Below are positions 23,052-32,931 of a DNA stretch of 34,961 nucleotides, one piece after another (within the stretch, counting starts at the first letter, position 1; each line of letters begins with the position of its first letter). The stretch spans positions 1-34,961 of the forward strand of contig CAZJCN010000002.1 in NCBI GenBank assembly GCA_964544195.1. Direction: 5' to 3'. Origin of the DNA: an uncultured Phycisphaeraceae bacterium (lineage in GTDB: Bacteria; Planctomycetota; Phycisphaerae; Phycisphaerales; Phycisphaeraceae). Made by a program: the position numbers and the translations under genes. The notes under the pieces are model-generated. The model searched no databases. It had not been told where the DNA came from and saw only the letters and a list, made by a program, of their open reading frames with translations.

Positions 23052-24845
23052 ATGGAAATTCGTAACTTCTGCATTATCGCCCATATCGATCACGGCAAGA
23101 GCACGCTGGCTGACCGCATGCTCCAAGGAACCGGTGCGGTGACAGAACGAGAGGCCCGGGAGCAGACGCTGGACGATATGGACCTTGAGCGGGAGCGGGG
23201 TATCACCATCAAGGCGTCCGCCGTCACAGTCAACCACACCTGTGATGGTAAACAATACATGCTCAACTTCATCGATACCCCGGGCCATGTGGATTTCCAC
23301 TACGAGGTATCCCGTGCCCTGACTGCTTGCGAAGGGGCGGTGTTGGTTATCGATGCCAGCCAGGGCGTGGAGGCCCAGACCGTCGCCAACGCCTACATGG
23401 CGGTGGATGCCAACCTCGAGATTATCACCGTCATCAACAAGATCGACCTGCCCGCCGCCCGCCCGGAGGAAATCGCTCTAGAGGCTGAACACGTCCTGGG
23501 CCTGCCTGCCGACGAGGCGATCTTCTGCTCTGCCAAGACCGGGCAGGGGGTCAATGAATTGCTGGATGCCATCTGTCGAAAGCTCCCTCCGCCCAAGGGT
23601 GATCCAGAAGCCAGAACCCAAGCACTGATCTTTGACGCCATTTATGACGACTATCGAGGCGTGGTTGTCTATTTCCGCTTGTTCAATGGGAAACTCACGC
23701 CCGGTGACAAGATTCTCATGATGGGGACCGGTCGGAGTTTCACGATCACAGAGTTAGGTAAGTTTACGCCTAAGATGACGCCATATAAGCAGCCGATGCA
23801 GGCCGGGGAGGTCGGCTACATGGTCGCCAATATCAAGAGCTTGAGCGACGTGAACATCGGCGACACCATCACTCGCGAACTTGACCCGGCCGACGAACCC
23901 CTACCCGGATACAAAGAGCCGCAACCAATGGTGTTCTGCGACTTTTACCCGACCGGCGATACCGAGTTCGACGAGCTGCGAGACGCCATCAGCCGCCTCC
24001 ATATCAACGACGCCAGTTTCACTTATCAGCCAACCTCCAGCGAGGCACTCGGTTTCGGTTTCCGATGTGGGTTTCTGGGTATGCTCCACATGGACATCAT
24101 CCAGGAACGGCTCGAACGGGAAGGGGATGTTTCTATTGTTCAGACAGCTCCGACCGTGACCTACGAAGTACTCAAAACCGACGGGCAGGTCTTGCACATA
24201 ACCAACCCAGCCGATCTGCCCGACCCTTCACAGATCAAAGAAATCCGCGAGCCGGTTGTCACCGTTGAGATCATCACGCCCAAGGACTCCATCGGCGAGC
24301 TGATGAAGCTGTGTGGAAACCGACGTGGTGTTTATCGTAAACAGACGTACCTTTCAGAGACACGCCAGATCCTGGAATACGACCTGCCGCTTGCAGAGAT
24401 TATCTACGATTTCTACGACAAACTAAAAAGCATTACCAGTGGCTACGGCACGATGGATTACCACCTCAAGGGCTTCGTCGCTGAGAACCTGGTCAAGATG
24501 GATATTCTTGTTAACGGAACGCCTGTTGATGCATTATCGGTGATCGTCCACCGTGAAAAGGCGGAGCAACGAGGTCGGGCACTGCTGCTCAAGCTTAAAA
24601 AGCAGATCGACCGTCATCTGTTCGAGATCCCGCTACAGGCGGCGATCGGCGGGAAGATCATCGCACGAGAGACGATCAAGAGTGTCGGCAAGAATGTGAC
24701 GGCCAAATGCTATGGCGGCGACGTCACCCGAAAACGTAAGCTTCTTGAAAAACAGAAGAAGGGCAAGGAACGGATGAAACGGGTCGGTACCGTGGACATC
24801 CCACAGGAAGCTTTCATGGCGGTACTCGATACGGGTGAGAACTAG
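23052..24845 (+). CDS. lepA: Translation elongation factor 4 (LepA)
   Basis: 597-aa ORF. It has the motifs IRNFCIIAHIDHGKSTLADR, DTPGHVDF and NKIDL, and the LepA-specific C-terminal domain (KCYGGDVTRKRKLLEKQKKGKERMK). Confidence 0.97.
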   Translation: MEIRNFCIIAHIDHGKSTLADRMLQGTGAVTEREAREQTLDDMDLERERGITIKASAVTVNHTCDGKQYMLNFIDTPGHVDFHYEVSRALTACEGAVLVIDASQGVEAQTVANAYMAVDANLEIITVINKIDLPAARPEEIALEAEHVLGLPADEAIFCSAKTGQGVNELLDAICRKLPPPKGDPEARTQALIFDAIYDDYRGVVVYFRLFNGKLTPGDKILMMGTGRSFTITELGKFTPKMTPYKQPMQAGEVGYMVANIKSLSDVNIGDTITRELDPADEPLPGYKEPQPMVFCDFYPTGDTEFDELRDAISRLHINDASFTYQPTSSEALGFGFRCGFLGMLHMDIIQERLEREGDVSIVQTAPTVTYEVLKTDGQVLHITNPADLPDPSQIKEIREPVVTVEIITPKDSIGELMKLCGNRRGVYRKQTYLSETRQILEYDLPLAEIIYDFYDKLKSITSGYGTMDYHLKGFVAENLVKMDILVNGTPVDALSVIVHREKAEQRGRALLLKLKKQIDRHLFEIPLQAAIGGKIIARETIKSVGKNVTAKCYGGDVTRKRKLLEKQKKGKERMKRVGTVDIPQEAFMAVLDTGEN

Positions 24846-24860
24846 CAGGCCGAATCAATC

Positions 24861-25280
24861 ATGCAAGACGCTTCATTCGGCATTATCCCGATCCATGAAT
24901 CCGACGGCATTCGTCGATTTCTTCTCGTACACCAGAAGAAAGGGCATTGGGGATTCCCCAAGGGCCACGCCGAGCCGGGCGAGACTCCGTTGCAATCGGC
25001 ACTACGCGAGTTGGCCGAGGAAACAGGGCTCTCGGATTGCCGGGTGATTGATAGCGAGCCTTTCTATGACCGTTACACGTTTATCAACAAGGCAGGCCAG
25101 CCGGTGAACAAAACGGTCACTTTTTTTCTCGGACAAGTCGATAATCCCGAAGTTCGCATCCAGCCTGAAGAAGTCCAGGATCTCGCCTGGATGACAGCCG
25201 AAGAGGCGATGCAACGATTGACTTTCCCTGAAGCCCGGACTCTACTGAAACAGGTTCTTGAATTTCTGGATCGCGAATAA
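24861..25280 (+). CDS. NUDIX hydrolase (Ap4A-hydrolase-like small form)
   Basis: 139-aa ORF. The NUDIX box is GFPKGHAEPGETPLQSALRELAEETGL (GX5EX7REUXEEXGU). It starts 15 bp after the lepA stop, so it is probably co-transcribed. Confidence 0.9.
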   Translation: MQDASFGIIPIHESDGIRRFLLVHQKKGHWGFPKGHAEPGETPLQSALRELAEETGLSDCRVIDSEPFYDRYTFINKAGQPVNKTVTFFLGQVDNPEVRIQPEEVQDLAWMTAEEAMQRLTFPEARTLLKQVLEFLDRE

Positions 25281-25302
25281 GTTCCTGCTTGTGGGCTTGG
25301 AC

Positions 25303-27024
25303 TTATACAGGTAATTGGTCCAGTTCTTCGGCAACCGCTGCCATGAGCGGCTCAAGCGTATTCCGCGAGAAATCGAATTTCAGCCCGGCTGTTTCAAAGA
25401 GTTCCGGCAGGGGCCTTTTCCCGCCCAGTTTCAGCGCCCGTCGGTAATCCGACAGTGCCTTGGCAGGGTCATTGCGATATGCAAGCCACAGCTGTAGGGC
25501 CCCCAGCTGCGCGATGCCGTATTCAATGTAATAGAACGGTACGTGGAAAAGGTGAAGTTGCTTTTGCCACATCGATGCCCGTGCGTCATCAAGGCCGCTC
25601 CAGTCCACCCCCGGCCTTTGGAAACGATCCAGGATTTTTAACCAGGCGGCGGTTCGTTGCTGTCGTGAGTGCCCCGGGTTGGTATACAGCCAATGCTGAA
25701 ATTGATCGATCGTCGCGATCCACGGGAGGATGGTGATGATCCCTTCCAACAGGCTACGAAGTGCTCGCGCTCGATCCGCTTCATCCGGATAGAAGACGTC
25801 GTAGTGATCGGCACCGATAAGCTCCATCGACATGCTTGCCACCTCACAGAATTCCATGGGCGCATGACGCATGAACACAAGTGGTTCTTCGGCCGATGCC
25901 CAGATGAAGTGAAACGCATGTCCCGCTTCATGCAGCATGGTCCGAACATCAGAATCCAAGCCCGCCGCATTCATGAAAATGAACGGTTCCCGACTATGCT
26001 GAAGCGAGCTTTGAAAGCCCCCAGCCCGTTTCCCCTTTCGGCTTTCCAGATCCAGATTTCGACCCATCTTCAGTGTTGAAAAATCCTCACCCAGTCCTAC
26101 GTCCACACGGCGAAACACCTCGGCGGTTTTTTCAACCAGATCTTCCGGGCGATCCTTGTCGAAGGGGTGAAGTGGCGGGCGATTCCGAACGTCCACATTC
26201 AAATCCCACGGACGAAGATGGTCTACCCCCAATGCTGCTCGTCGTTGTTCATCCATTTTCTCGATCACCGGCAGGCACACCGATTCCACCGCCTCGGCAA
26301 ACCGGTGGCAGTCTTCCGGGGTGTAATCGAATCGATCTAGGGCTTTCCACATATATGCTCGGAAGTCCGGCAGGCCAGCGTTTTCTGCCATCTGGTTACG
26401 AAGCATCAGCATCTTGTCGAAGATTGCATCGAACTTATCTCGATCCTCAAGCCGGCGTTCAGCACTGAACCGCCAAGCCTTTTCACGTGTTGACCGATCG
26501 GGTTCTTCCAAATACCGAGCCAGCTGCTGAAGCGTTAGCGTTTGGCAATCAAACTCGACGGTCATCGCACCGATTGTTTTATCGTATTCATTATTGAGTT
26601 TGGCGATCTCAGTCTGGATCGGGACATTTTCAGGGCGAAACAGTTCGACCGCCGATCGCCATTGTTTGATCATCTCCCCGAACCGGACCAGGTCTAATTC
26701 GACGTGTGCTGGGGAACTAAGTAGTTTTTTCTGAAGTTCGAAATACAGCGGTTTGATTTTCGGTGCTATCTGTTCCACATAATGCAGGTATGCTTTTTCG
26801 ATCTCCGGATTGTCGGTGTGGCAGGCGGAGTCAATGTTTTTCCGGGAGCCGTACTCTGAGACCACCGCGGACAATTCCGAAAAGTCAGCCAGCCACTGGT
26901 GCAGTTGTTCACGGCTCTGCAAGGGCCGTTCAAGCAGCCCGGTGTACAGGGGCTCCAATTGATTCCAGTCGGAGGGGTCCAGATCAGCGGGAATAAAACA
27001 GTCAGTGGTGATCGGTTGTGGCAT
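25303..27024 (-). CDS. M3-family oligoendopeptidase (PepF-like zinc metallopeptidase)
   Basis: 573-aa ORF. It has the HExxH zinc site HEAGHAFH with a downstream Glu (EFCEVASM), and a PepF-like length and layout. No signal peptide is present. Confidence 0.9.
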   Translation of the reverse strand: MPQPITTDCFIPADLDPSDWNQLEPLYTGLLERPLQSREQLHQWLADFSELSAVVSEYGSRKNIDSACHTDNPEIEKAYLHYVEQIAPKIKPLYFELQKKLLSSPAHVELDLVRFGEMIKQWRSAVELFRPENVPIQTEIAKLNNEYDKTIGAMTVEFDCQTLTLQQLARYLEEPDRSTREKAWRFSAERRLEDRDKFDAIFDKMLMLRNQMAENAGLPDFRAYMWKALDRFDYTPEDCHRFAEAVESVCLPVIEKMDEQRRAALGVDHLRPWDLNVDVRNRPPLHPFDKDRPEDLVEKTAEVFRRVDVGLGEDFSTLKMGRNLDLESRKGKRAGGFQSSLQHSREPFIFMNAAGLDSDVRTMLHEAGHAFHFIWASAEEPLVFMRHAPMEFCEVASMSMELIGADHYDVFYPDEADRARALRSLLEGIITILPWIATIDQFQHWLYTNPGHSRQQRTAAWLKILDRFQRPGVDWSGLDDARASMWQKQLHLFHVPFYYIEYGIAQLGALQLWLAYRNDPAKALSDYRRALKLGGKRPLPELFETAGLKFDFSRNTLEPLMAAVAEELDQLPV

Positions 27025-27316
27025 TGATGAACTCGAGTATTAGAACTTATCTGATAAGGTCTGAAAGACTTAGCACAATACAATAACGACACTTCTCTGT
27101 ACGAGCAGAACGCCCCATAAAGAGGGCCAGACATATTATGTTATGTAGTTGATATTCATGAAATTACGGCGAATGTTTATTATTCGGATTATTGTTCTTT
27201 TAATTCTGACCCCCTTTTAGTAGACTATGAGATACGAGGGAATTGGGGAGGCGTGTGAGCATCCCCGGATAATTGGGAAGGGTTCTCGAGTTAAATCTCG
27301 AGGGGAGAGAGAAATT

Positions 27317-28111
27317 GTGAAAAGCTTTATTTTTGCGCGCCCATCGTTTTTGGCCGGTGTTTGCTTATCATTCTTTTTGAATGGTGCTGCTTCGGCTTCG
27401 GTGGATTTATTATTCCATGAAGATTTCAACGGCTACACCGTTTTCCCTGACGAGTTTCCAAATAACGACCCGATTAATTTCGGCGTGCCCCTAATCAGTG
27501 AAGGGGCTGATAACGATTGGTACGGTGCGCGGTTCGAGGTACCCGACCATTCGATCCACCCAAACCCGATCCAAGACATCTTGTTGGATCTTGGGGTGCA
27601 GAAAATCCCCGGTGGTGGTCGGCCCAGTCCCGATCCGGTTGGGCGTGCAGGTGATGACGCGGGCTTGCTATTCAAGTTAGATACGACCGGCTACGAGAAC
27701 GTCCAGCTTACCTTCGATTGGCGGATGTTCAGTGCGGGTAGTGCCGACAAGTTGGTCGTCGGCTACACGACACTCGACCTGGATCCGTTCTTCGGGCCGG
27801 AACGTGTTGCGGATTTTCTTAACGAACCAACCATTGGTAACGGCAACCAGAGCACTGTAGTAGCTTGGTGGGCTAACCACTGGACACAGCTTTTGCGAGG
27901 CAACAACGGCAACTCTTGGACACAGAGCACATTCGCTCTTCCCGATAACACTTCTGAGATCTGGGTTGCCTTCTGGATCGATAATGGTGATGCGGACTTT
28001 ACCAAGATCGACAACATCAATGTTACCGGCACACTTATTCCCGAGCCGGCGAGTTTAATCCTTTTTACCGTCGGTTGTGCCGTTATTCGTGGTCGTAAAT
28101 TGGCCCGCTGA
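27317..28111 (+). CDS. PEP-CTERM sorting-domain protein with a single beta-sandwich-like domain
   Basis: ORF 27227..28111. The preferred start is GTG 27317 (VKSFIFARPSFLAGVCLSFFLNGAASA, a signal peptide), preceded by AGGGGAGAGAG. The C-terminus IPEPASLILFTVGCAVIRGRKLAR has the PEP motif, a TM helix and a basic tail. Confidence 0.75.
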   Translation: MKSFIFARPSFLAGVCLSFFLNGAASASVDLLFHEDFNGYTVFPDEFPNNDPINFGVPLISEGADNDWYGARFEVPDHSIHPNPIQDILLDLGVQKIPGGGRPSPDPVGRAGDDAGLLFKLDTTGYENVQLTFDWRMFSAGSADKLVVGYTTLDLDPFFGPERVADFLNEPTIGNGNQSTVVAWWANHWTQLLRGNNGNSWTQSTFALPDNTSEIWVAFWIDNGDADFTKIDNINVTGTLIPEPASLILFTVGCAVIRGRKLAR

Positions 28112-28176
28112 AATTCGGGTTGTGTTTCCCCAAGACCATTGCACCCTCCGCTCATTTGCAGCGGTCTATATATGCC

Positions 28177-29151
28177 TTATTCCCGTCCCAAAGCATCCTG
28201 GTCGGCGATAATCTGATCGATCAATTTGTCCATACCTGTGTCATATTTATCTGCTTCCGGAGGAAAACTCTCCGCAACCAGTTTCATCCCTTGCCAGACG
28301 TCAATCGGGCAGTCGAAATCACCGACGACAGATTTGACTTTGCTGTTGTCAAAAACCGCCGACACGGCTTTATCCCCGAGCAGCGGACCTTCCCAGTCGG
28401 GGTGGTAACGTACTAGTGTCTCACTTGATATATGGGCCAATCGGTACTCTGTAACGCCCAAGGCGGCCGCAGCTGCCTCCAGGATCTGATTCCAAGGCCA
28501 AGGGCGATCACTTGTGATGTGAAACGCTTCGCCGAGAGCACGTTCGTTACCCAATAATTTTACGAACGGCGGGGCAAAGTCACGCCCGTGCGTAATCGTC
28601 CACAATGATTCACCGTCTCCGGGCACGATTACCGGCTTACCTCGTAACAGGCGTGAAGCATCCAGAACGCCACCCAACGGCGTGGGAATATGTGTCCGGT
28701 ATGTATGACTTGGCCGAACGATTGTATACGGCAGTCGATCTTGTTCGCTTAAGATCGCTTCCATCTCCGCCTTGGCACGTGAATACGCCCAGTACGGGTT
28801 ATTCAGCGGTGTTTTTTCGGTGATCGGAAAGTCCCTTAATGGCTTCTGATATGCGGAAGCTGAGCTGATAAACACGTACTGCCCGCATTTCCCCGCAAAC
28901 AACTCGATATCTCGACGGATCTCCCGCGGGGAGAAAAGCCGAAACTGGCAGATCACATCGAAATAATTCTCAGCCAATTTCGAGTAGGTTGTATCATCAT
29001 GAAGATCCCCGCGAATCAGCTTGATCTGTCTTGGTAGCCCATCATTGCGATTGCCTCGGTTGAATACCGATACTTCGTGGCCGAGTTTGACTGATTCGTG
29101 GATACAGTCATAGCTGATTTCACCTGTTCCTCCGATGTAGAGTACGCGCAT
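28177..29151 (-). CDS. NAD-dependent epimerase/dehydratase family protein (extended SDR)
   Basis: ORF 28177..29175. The preferred start is ATG 29151 (MRVLYIGGTGEIS, a Rossmann GxxGxxG motif at the N-terminus), with AAGGGGA upstream. The catalytic YxxxK motif is YSRAK. Confidence 0.85.
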   Translation of the reverse strand: MRVLYIGGTGEISYDCIHESVKLGHEVSVFNRGNRNDGLPRQIKLIRGDLHDDTTYSKLAENYFDVICQFRLFSPREIRRDIELFAGKCGQYVFISSASAYQKPLRDFPITEKTPLNNPYWAYSRAKAEMEAILSEQDRLPYTIVRPSHTYRTHIPTPLGGVLDASRLLRGKPVIVPGDGESLWTITHGRDFAPPFVKLLGNERALGEAFHITSDRPWPWNQILEAAAAALGVTEYRLAHISSETLVRYHPDWEGPLLGDKAVSAVFDNSKVKSVVGDFDCPIDVWQGMKLVAESFPPEADKYDTGMDKLIDQIIADQDALGRE

Positions 29152-29294
29152 ATGGTTCCCCTTGATCTGGATCAATTGCTGGCGAACGGAGACTAATCGT
29201 TTAGAAAGGATGCGTGCTTAAGAGTACATGATACATCATCCGCCGTTCGGAGTGTCCGCGTCGGTTGGCACTTAGAGTGAGTTTAGTTGCCAGG

Positions 29295-30518
29295 TCAGAT
29301 CTTGGGCTTGTGTTTCAATCCACGAACTTGCATTGGCAGGCCGAAAAGATCGATAAACCCTCGAGCCGCGGTCACGTCGTACCCGTCCATCGCGAAACTG
29401 GCAAGCTTCAGGTCGTACAGGCTCTTGGGACTTTCCGCCGCGACTGCCAAAGCCCGGCCCTTGTAGAGTTTTACTTTTACTTTGCCTGTAATCACTTTAT
29501 TCGATTCATCCACAAACGCCTGCATCGCTTCACGAAGCGGATGGAACCACTGGCCGTTGTATACAAGCTCGGCGTATTTCAGGGCCAGTTGCTGCTTGTA
29601 GTGGTACAGATCACGCTCCAGGCACAACTGCTCAAGCGCCTTATGGGCTTCATACAGGATGGTGCCGCCCGGAGTTTCATATACCCCGCGTGATTTCATC
29701 CCGACCAGTCGATTTTCAACCAGTACGGTCGTCCCCACCGCGTGTTGGCCACCGATGTTGTTGAGCCGTTGTATCAGTTCATGGCCCTGCATCCGCTTGC
29801 CGTCCACCGCCACTGGCACGCCTTGCTTGAACTCCACCTCTACATACTGTGGTTTGTTCGGAGCTTTGCTCACCGGCAACGTCATCACCAGGCAAGCGTC
29901 CAACGGCTCGTTGGCTGGGTCTTCGATCTCCGCGCCTTCGTGTGAGATATGCCAGAGATTGCGGTCGCGCGAGTAGATTTTCTTTTTCGACTGATCCACC
30001 GGTACGCCGTGCGCTTTGGCATAGTCGATCGCCGCCTCCCGGCTGGTCAGCTCGAAGCTCGGGTCTTTCCAAGGCGAAATGATCTTCAGCTTCGGATTTA
30101 ACGCCTTGTATGTCAGCTCGAAACGGACCTGGTCGTTGCCTTTGCCGGTTGCTCCGTGGCCGACCGCGTCCGCCTTCGTCTGTTTTGCCACCAGCACCTG
30201 GTGCTTGGCGATCAACGGCCTGGCGATACTGGTTCCCAACAGATAGTCACTTTCATACACCGCATGGGCACGCAGCATCGGGAAGCAATACTGTTCAGCG
30301 AATTCCCTGCGTAGATCCTTGACCACCACTTCGTCGGCCCCGGACTCATAGGCCTTCTTTTCGATCCCTTTCAGTTCATCGCCCTGGCCCAGTTCCGCGG
30401 CGAATGCGACCAGTTTTACGCCGGGATAGCGCTCCTTCAGCCAGGGTAGGATGACGGATGTGTCCAGCCCGCCCGAATAGGCGAGCACGATCTTTTTAGG
30501 GCCAGCTTGCTGGGGCAT
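29295..30518 (-). CDS. argG: Argininosuccinate synthase
   Basis: ORF 29295..30566. The preferred start is ATG 30518 (MPQQAGPKKIVLAYSGGLDTSV, the ATP-binding P-loop of ArgG). Other motifs are GATGKGNDQVRFE and SRDRNLWHISHEG. Confidence 0.95.
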   Translation of the reverse strand: MPQQAGPKKIVLAYSGGLDTSVILPWLKERYPGVKLVAFAAELGQGDELKGIEKKAYESGADEVVVKDLRREFAEQYCFPMLRAHAVYESDYLLGTSIARPLIAKHQVLVAKQTKADAVGHGATGKGNDQVRFELTYKALNPKLKIISPWKDPSFELTSREAAIDYAKAHGVPVDQSKKKIYSRDRNLWHISHEGAEIEDPANEPLDACLVMTLPVSKAPNKPQYVEVEFKQGVPVAVDGKRMQGHELIQRLNNIGGQHAVGTTVLVENRLVGMKSRGVYETPGGTILYEAHKALEQLCLERDLYHYKQQLALKYAELVYNGQWFHPLREAMQAFVDESNKVITGKVKVKLYKGRALAVAAESPKSLYDLKLASFAMDGYDVTAARGFIDLFGLPMQVRGLKHKPKI

Positions 30519-30739
30519 GGAATCATTCCTTACAAAAGCGTGCGAACCCAGCATCATAACACGCACCGGCCTACCTCGAAAACCCGGATATGTGTCATGA
30601 TCGGGGGATTTCGGCTATAGGTCTCTCTTGTGAAACCCTTGGCCCGGCCAGGCTCAGCCGGATTCACGAGCGGGTCACAAGCTTGCAGTGTAACACGTAT
30701 AATCGCGTGCTTTAATATTTGAGCTATAATCATTCGGCT

Positions 30740-31777
30740 ATGAACACACCCATCCAAGCCTCTCCGACTGTTTCGGATTTCATGACACGCCTGGTTCCTG
30801 TCGGGCGCATCTTGGAAGATCCGGATTACAACGTCTGGTGCTGCTCTCCAATCCTTGGTGAGGACGGGCGGATACATGTTTTTTACGCCCGTTGGCCAAA
30901 CGAGGCGGACCATGTGGGTTGGCTGACAGTCAGCGAGATTGCGCATGCGGTCGCGGATCTGCCGGAGGGGCCATATGAAACACTTGGCACCGTTTTGGCT
31001 GGCCGTGGAGGAGCCTACTGGGATGCCCACACGATCCACAACCCAGCAGTCTACCGATTCGAAGACGGGTACATCATGTATTACATCGGCAACCGGGAAC
31101 CGAATGTGGAAACCCTACGAACCGGGGCTGCCTTTGCCAAGACGCTGGATGGGCCGTGGGAGCGGGTGGATGAACCACTGATTCCAGGCGGCTCGGATCC
31201 GGATGATTTAGACAGCGCCTACGCCTGCAATCCTGCCATGGTTCGTGACCGTGACGGTCGTTTTCTGCTGTATTATCAGGGCATGAGCTTGACGGAATGG
31301 AGCTATGACATCCAGGTTCGTAAGATGAAACCCGGGTCAAGCGATGCGGGGAAAAAGGCAAATCGTAGAACATTATTAACTGTAGCTGAGGATCCCCGCG
31401 GACCATATGTCTATCATCCAGACAACCCTGTGATCGACCTGCGACACTACGGAAACAACGCCCAGTGCGAAGACCCGACCGTATGGTTCGAGGACGGCCG
31501 ATTTCATCTGGTCGCCCGTGACATGGGGGTATTCAATCATGAAGTGGGGCTTTATTTTGTATCTGATGATAATGTGAAATGGTCCGAACCCACTTTGGCG
31601 TATGACGCGATGAAGGCATATGTGAACGAACCGCCTAACGGGTTGGATCGGGAAGGTCGGTTGGAACGGCCACAAGTCCTGCTGGGACCGGACGGCAGGC
31701 CCACACACTTGTTTGGTGCGTTTCGGGGAGGAAAATATAACACCTCATCCGGCTTTGTATTTCAGATTAAAAGATAA
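30740..31777 (+). CDS. Five-bladed beta-propeller glycoside hydrolase/phosphorylase-like protein (GH43/GH117/GH130-type fold; family not resolved)
   Basis: ORF 30719 (TTG)..31777. ATG 30740 is preferred. Blade-like motifs repeat along the sequence: SPILGEDGRIHVFY, HNPAVYRFEDGYIMYYIG, NPAMVRDRDGRFLLYYQG, CEDPTVWFEDGRFHLVARD and ERPQVLLGPDGRPTHLFGA. No signal peptide is seen. The assignment is by motif pattern only. Confidence 0.5.
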   Translation: MNTPIQASPTVSDFMTRLVPVGRILEDPDYNVWCCSPILGEDGRIHVFYARWPNEADHVGWLTVSEIAHAVADLPEGPYETLGTVLAGRGGAYWDAHTIHNPAVYRFEDGYIMYYIGNREPNVETLRTGAAFAKTLDGPWERVDEPLIPGGSDPDDLDSAYACNPAMVRDRDGRFLLYYQGMSLTEWSYDIQVRKMKPGSSDAGKKANRRTLLTVAEDPRGPYVYHPDNPVIDLRHYGNNAQCEDPTVWFEDGRFHLVARDMGVFNHEVGLYFVSDDNVKWSEPTLAYDAMKAYVNEPPNGLDREGRLERPQVLLGPDGRPTHLFGAFRGGKYNTSSGFVFQIKR

Positions 31778-31900
31778 TGAGGGCCGAGTAGTGAAAACGG
31801 GCGTATCAGCATACAGCTTATGCTTGGTGGCAAGTGTAGCTGAGTCTGGTTTTACTTCAACTTATTCCCGATATTCAACAGCACCGTTGGAAAAGCTTTT

Positions 31901-32911
31901 ATGATGATGCACTCACTGGTTCTTGAGTCGCCGGGGAATTGGTCAGTCGTTGAAGTTCCGGAACCTGAGCCGGCGCCCGGGGAGGTGGTCGTGGACGTAG
32001 TTCGGTGCGGAGTCTGTGGGACAGACATACACGCATACGCCGGCAGGCAGCCGTTTTTTACCTATCCCCGCCGACTCGGTCACGAGCTGTGTGTTCGTGT
32101 TGTGTCATCGTCCGATGACAGCAGGCTCGCCCCCGGTACTTTATGTAGTGTTCGACCATACCTGTTTTGTGGCCAGTGTCCGGCGTGCCGAGCGGGGAAA
32201 ACCAACTGCTGCCGTCAACTTCGCGTGCTGGGTGTTCACATGGATGGAGGGCATGTTCCAAGGATGTGTTTACCAGCGGACTATTTGCATCCCGGGGAGG
32301 GTTTAACCGAGGATCAGCTGGCCTTGGTGGAGCCTTTAGCGATTGGGGCGCATGCGGTTGAACGCGCGGGGATCGGGAAGGGCGAACCGGTGGTAGTGAT
32401 CGGGATGGGGCCGATCGGGCTGTCCTCAGCCTTATTGGCCAAGGCGGAGGGGGCGGATCTGGTGGTGGTTGACCGCGACGAGTCCCGCTTGGAGTTTGCG
32501 GATAAAACTATGCACCTCGGCACACCTGTGTTGGCGGAAGGGGGCTTGGCAGAGGCGTTCAACCGCCGATTCGGCCAGCTGCCTGGTTGCATCATTGACG
32601 CAACCGGACATCCCGCATCCATGAAAGGTTGTTTTGATTTGGTCGAACACGGCGGCCGCATCGTTTTTGTGGGGTTGTTTACAGGCGATCTTCAGTTTGA
32701 TGACCCGAATTTTCACCGACGTGAGCTGACACTACTGGCTAGCCGGGCCGCCACCGCTTCGACCTTTGATCGCCTGATCGAACGGATGCAGGCTGGACAG
32801 ATTGACCCCATGCCCATGATCACTCACCGTGTGTCTTTTGATGAGCTTATCACACGCTTTACCGAAGTCATCAAAGAGCCCGGTATGATCAAGACCATGA
32901 TTGATTTTTAA
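31901..32911 (+). CDS. Zinc-binding medium-chain alcohol/polyol dehydrogenase (sorbitol/threonine/galactonate dehydrogenase-like)
   Basis: 336-aa ORF. Catalytic zinc ligands lie in CGVCGTDIH..GHE. The structural zinc motif is CGQCPACRAGKTNCC. The NAD motif is VIGMGPIG. Confidence 0.9.
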   Translation: MMMHSLVLESPGNWSVVEVPEPEPAPGEVVVDVVRCGVCGTDIHAYAGRQPFFTYPRRLGHELCVRVVSSSDDSRLAPGTLCSVRPYLFCGQCPACRAGKTNCCRQLRVLGVHMDGGHVPRMCLPADYLHPGEGLTEDQLALVEPLAIGAHAVERAGIGKGEPVVVIGMGPIGLSSALLAKAEGADLVVVDRDESRLEFADKTMHLGTPVLAEGGLAEAFNRRFGQLPGCIIDATGHPASMKGCFDLVEHGGRIVFVGLFTGDLQFDDPNFHRRELTLLASRAATASTFDRLIERMQAGQIDPMPMITHRVSFDELITRFTEVIKEPGMIKTMIDF

Positions 32912-32931
32912 TCTGAACTTTGAGATCTGTT

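Noticed and set aside
27025-27316. AT-rich segment as the remnant of an inserted mobile element
   Set aside because: There are no terminal inverted repeats, target-site duplications, or integrase or transposase fragments. It is more simply a divergent promoter and leader region.
30554-31039. 161-aa minus-strand ORF spanning the argG / glycosidase-like divergent region
   Set aside because: It overlaps the 5' ends of two well-supported genes and the promoter region between them. It has no motifs and has Arg/Pro/Cys-rich composition.
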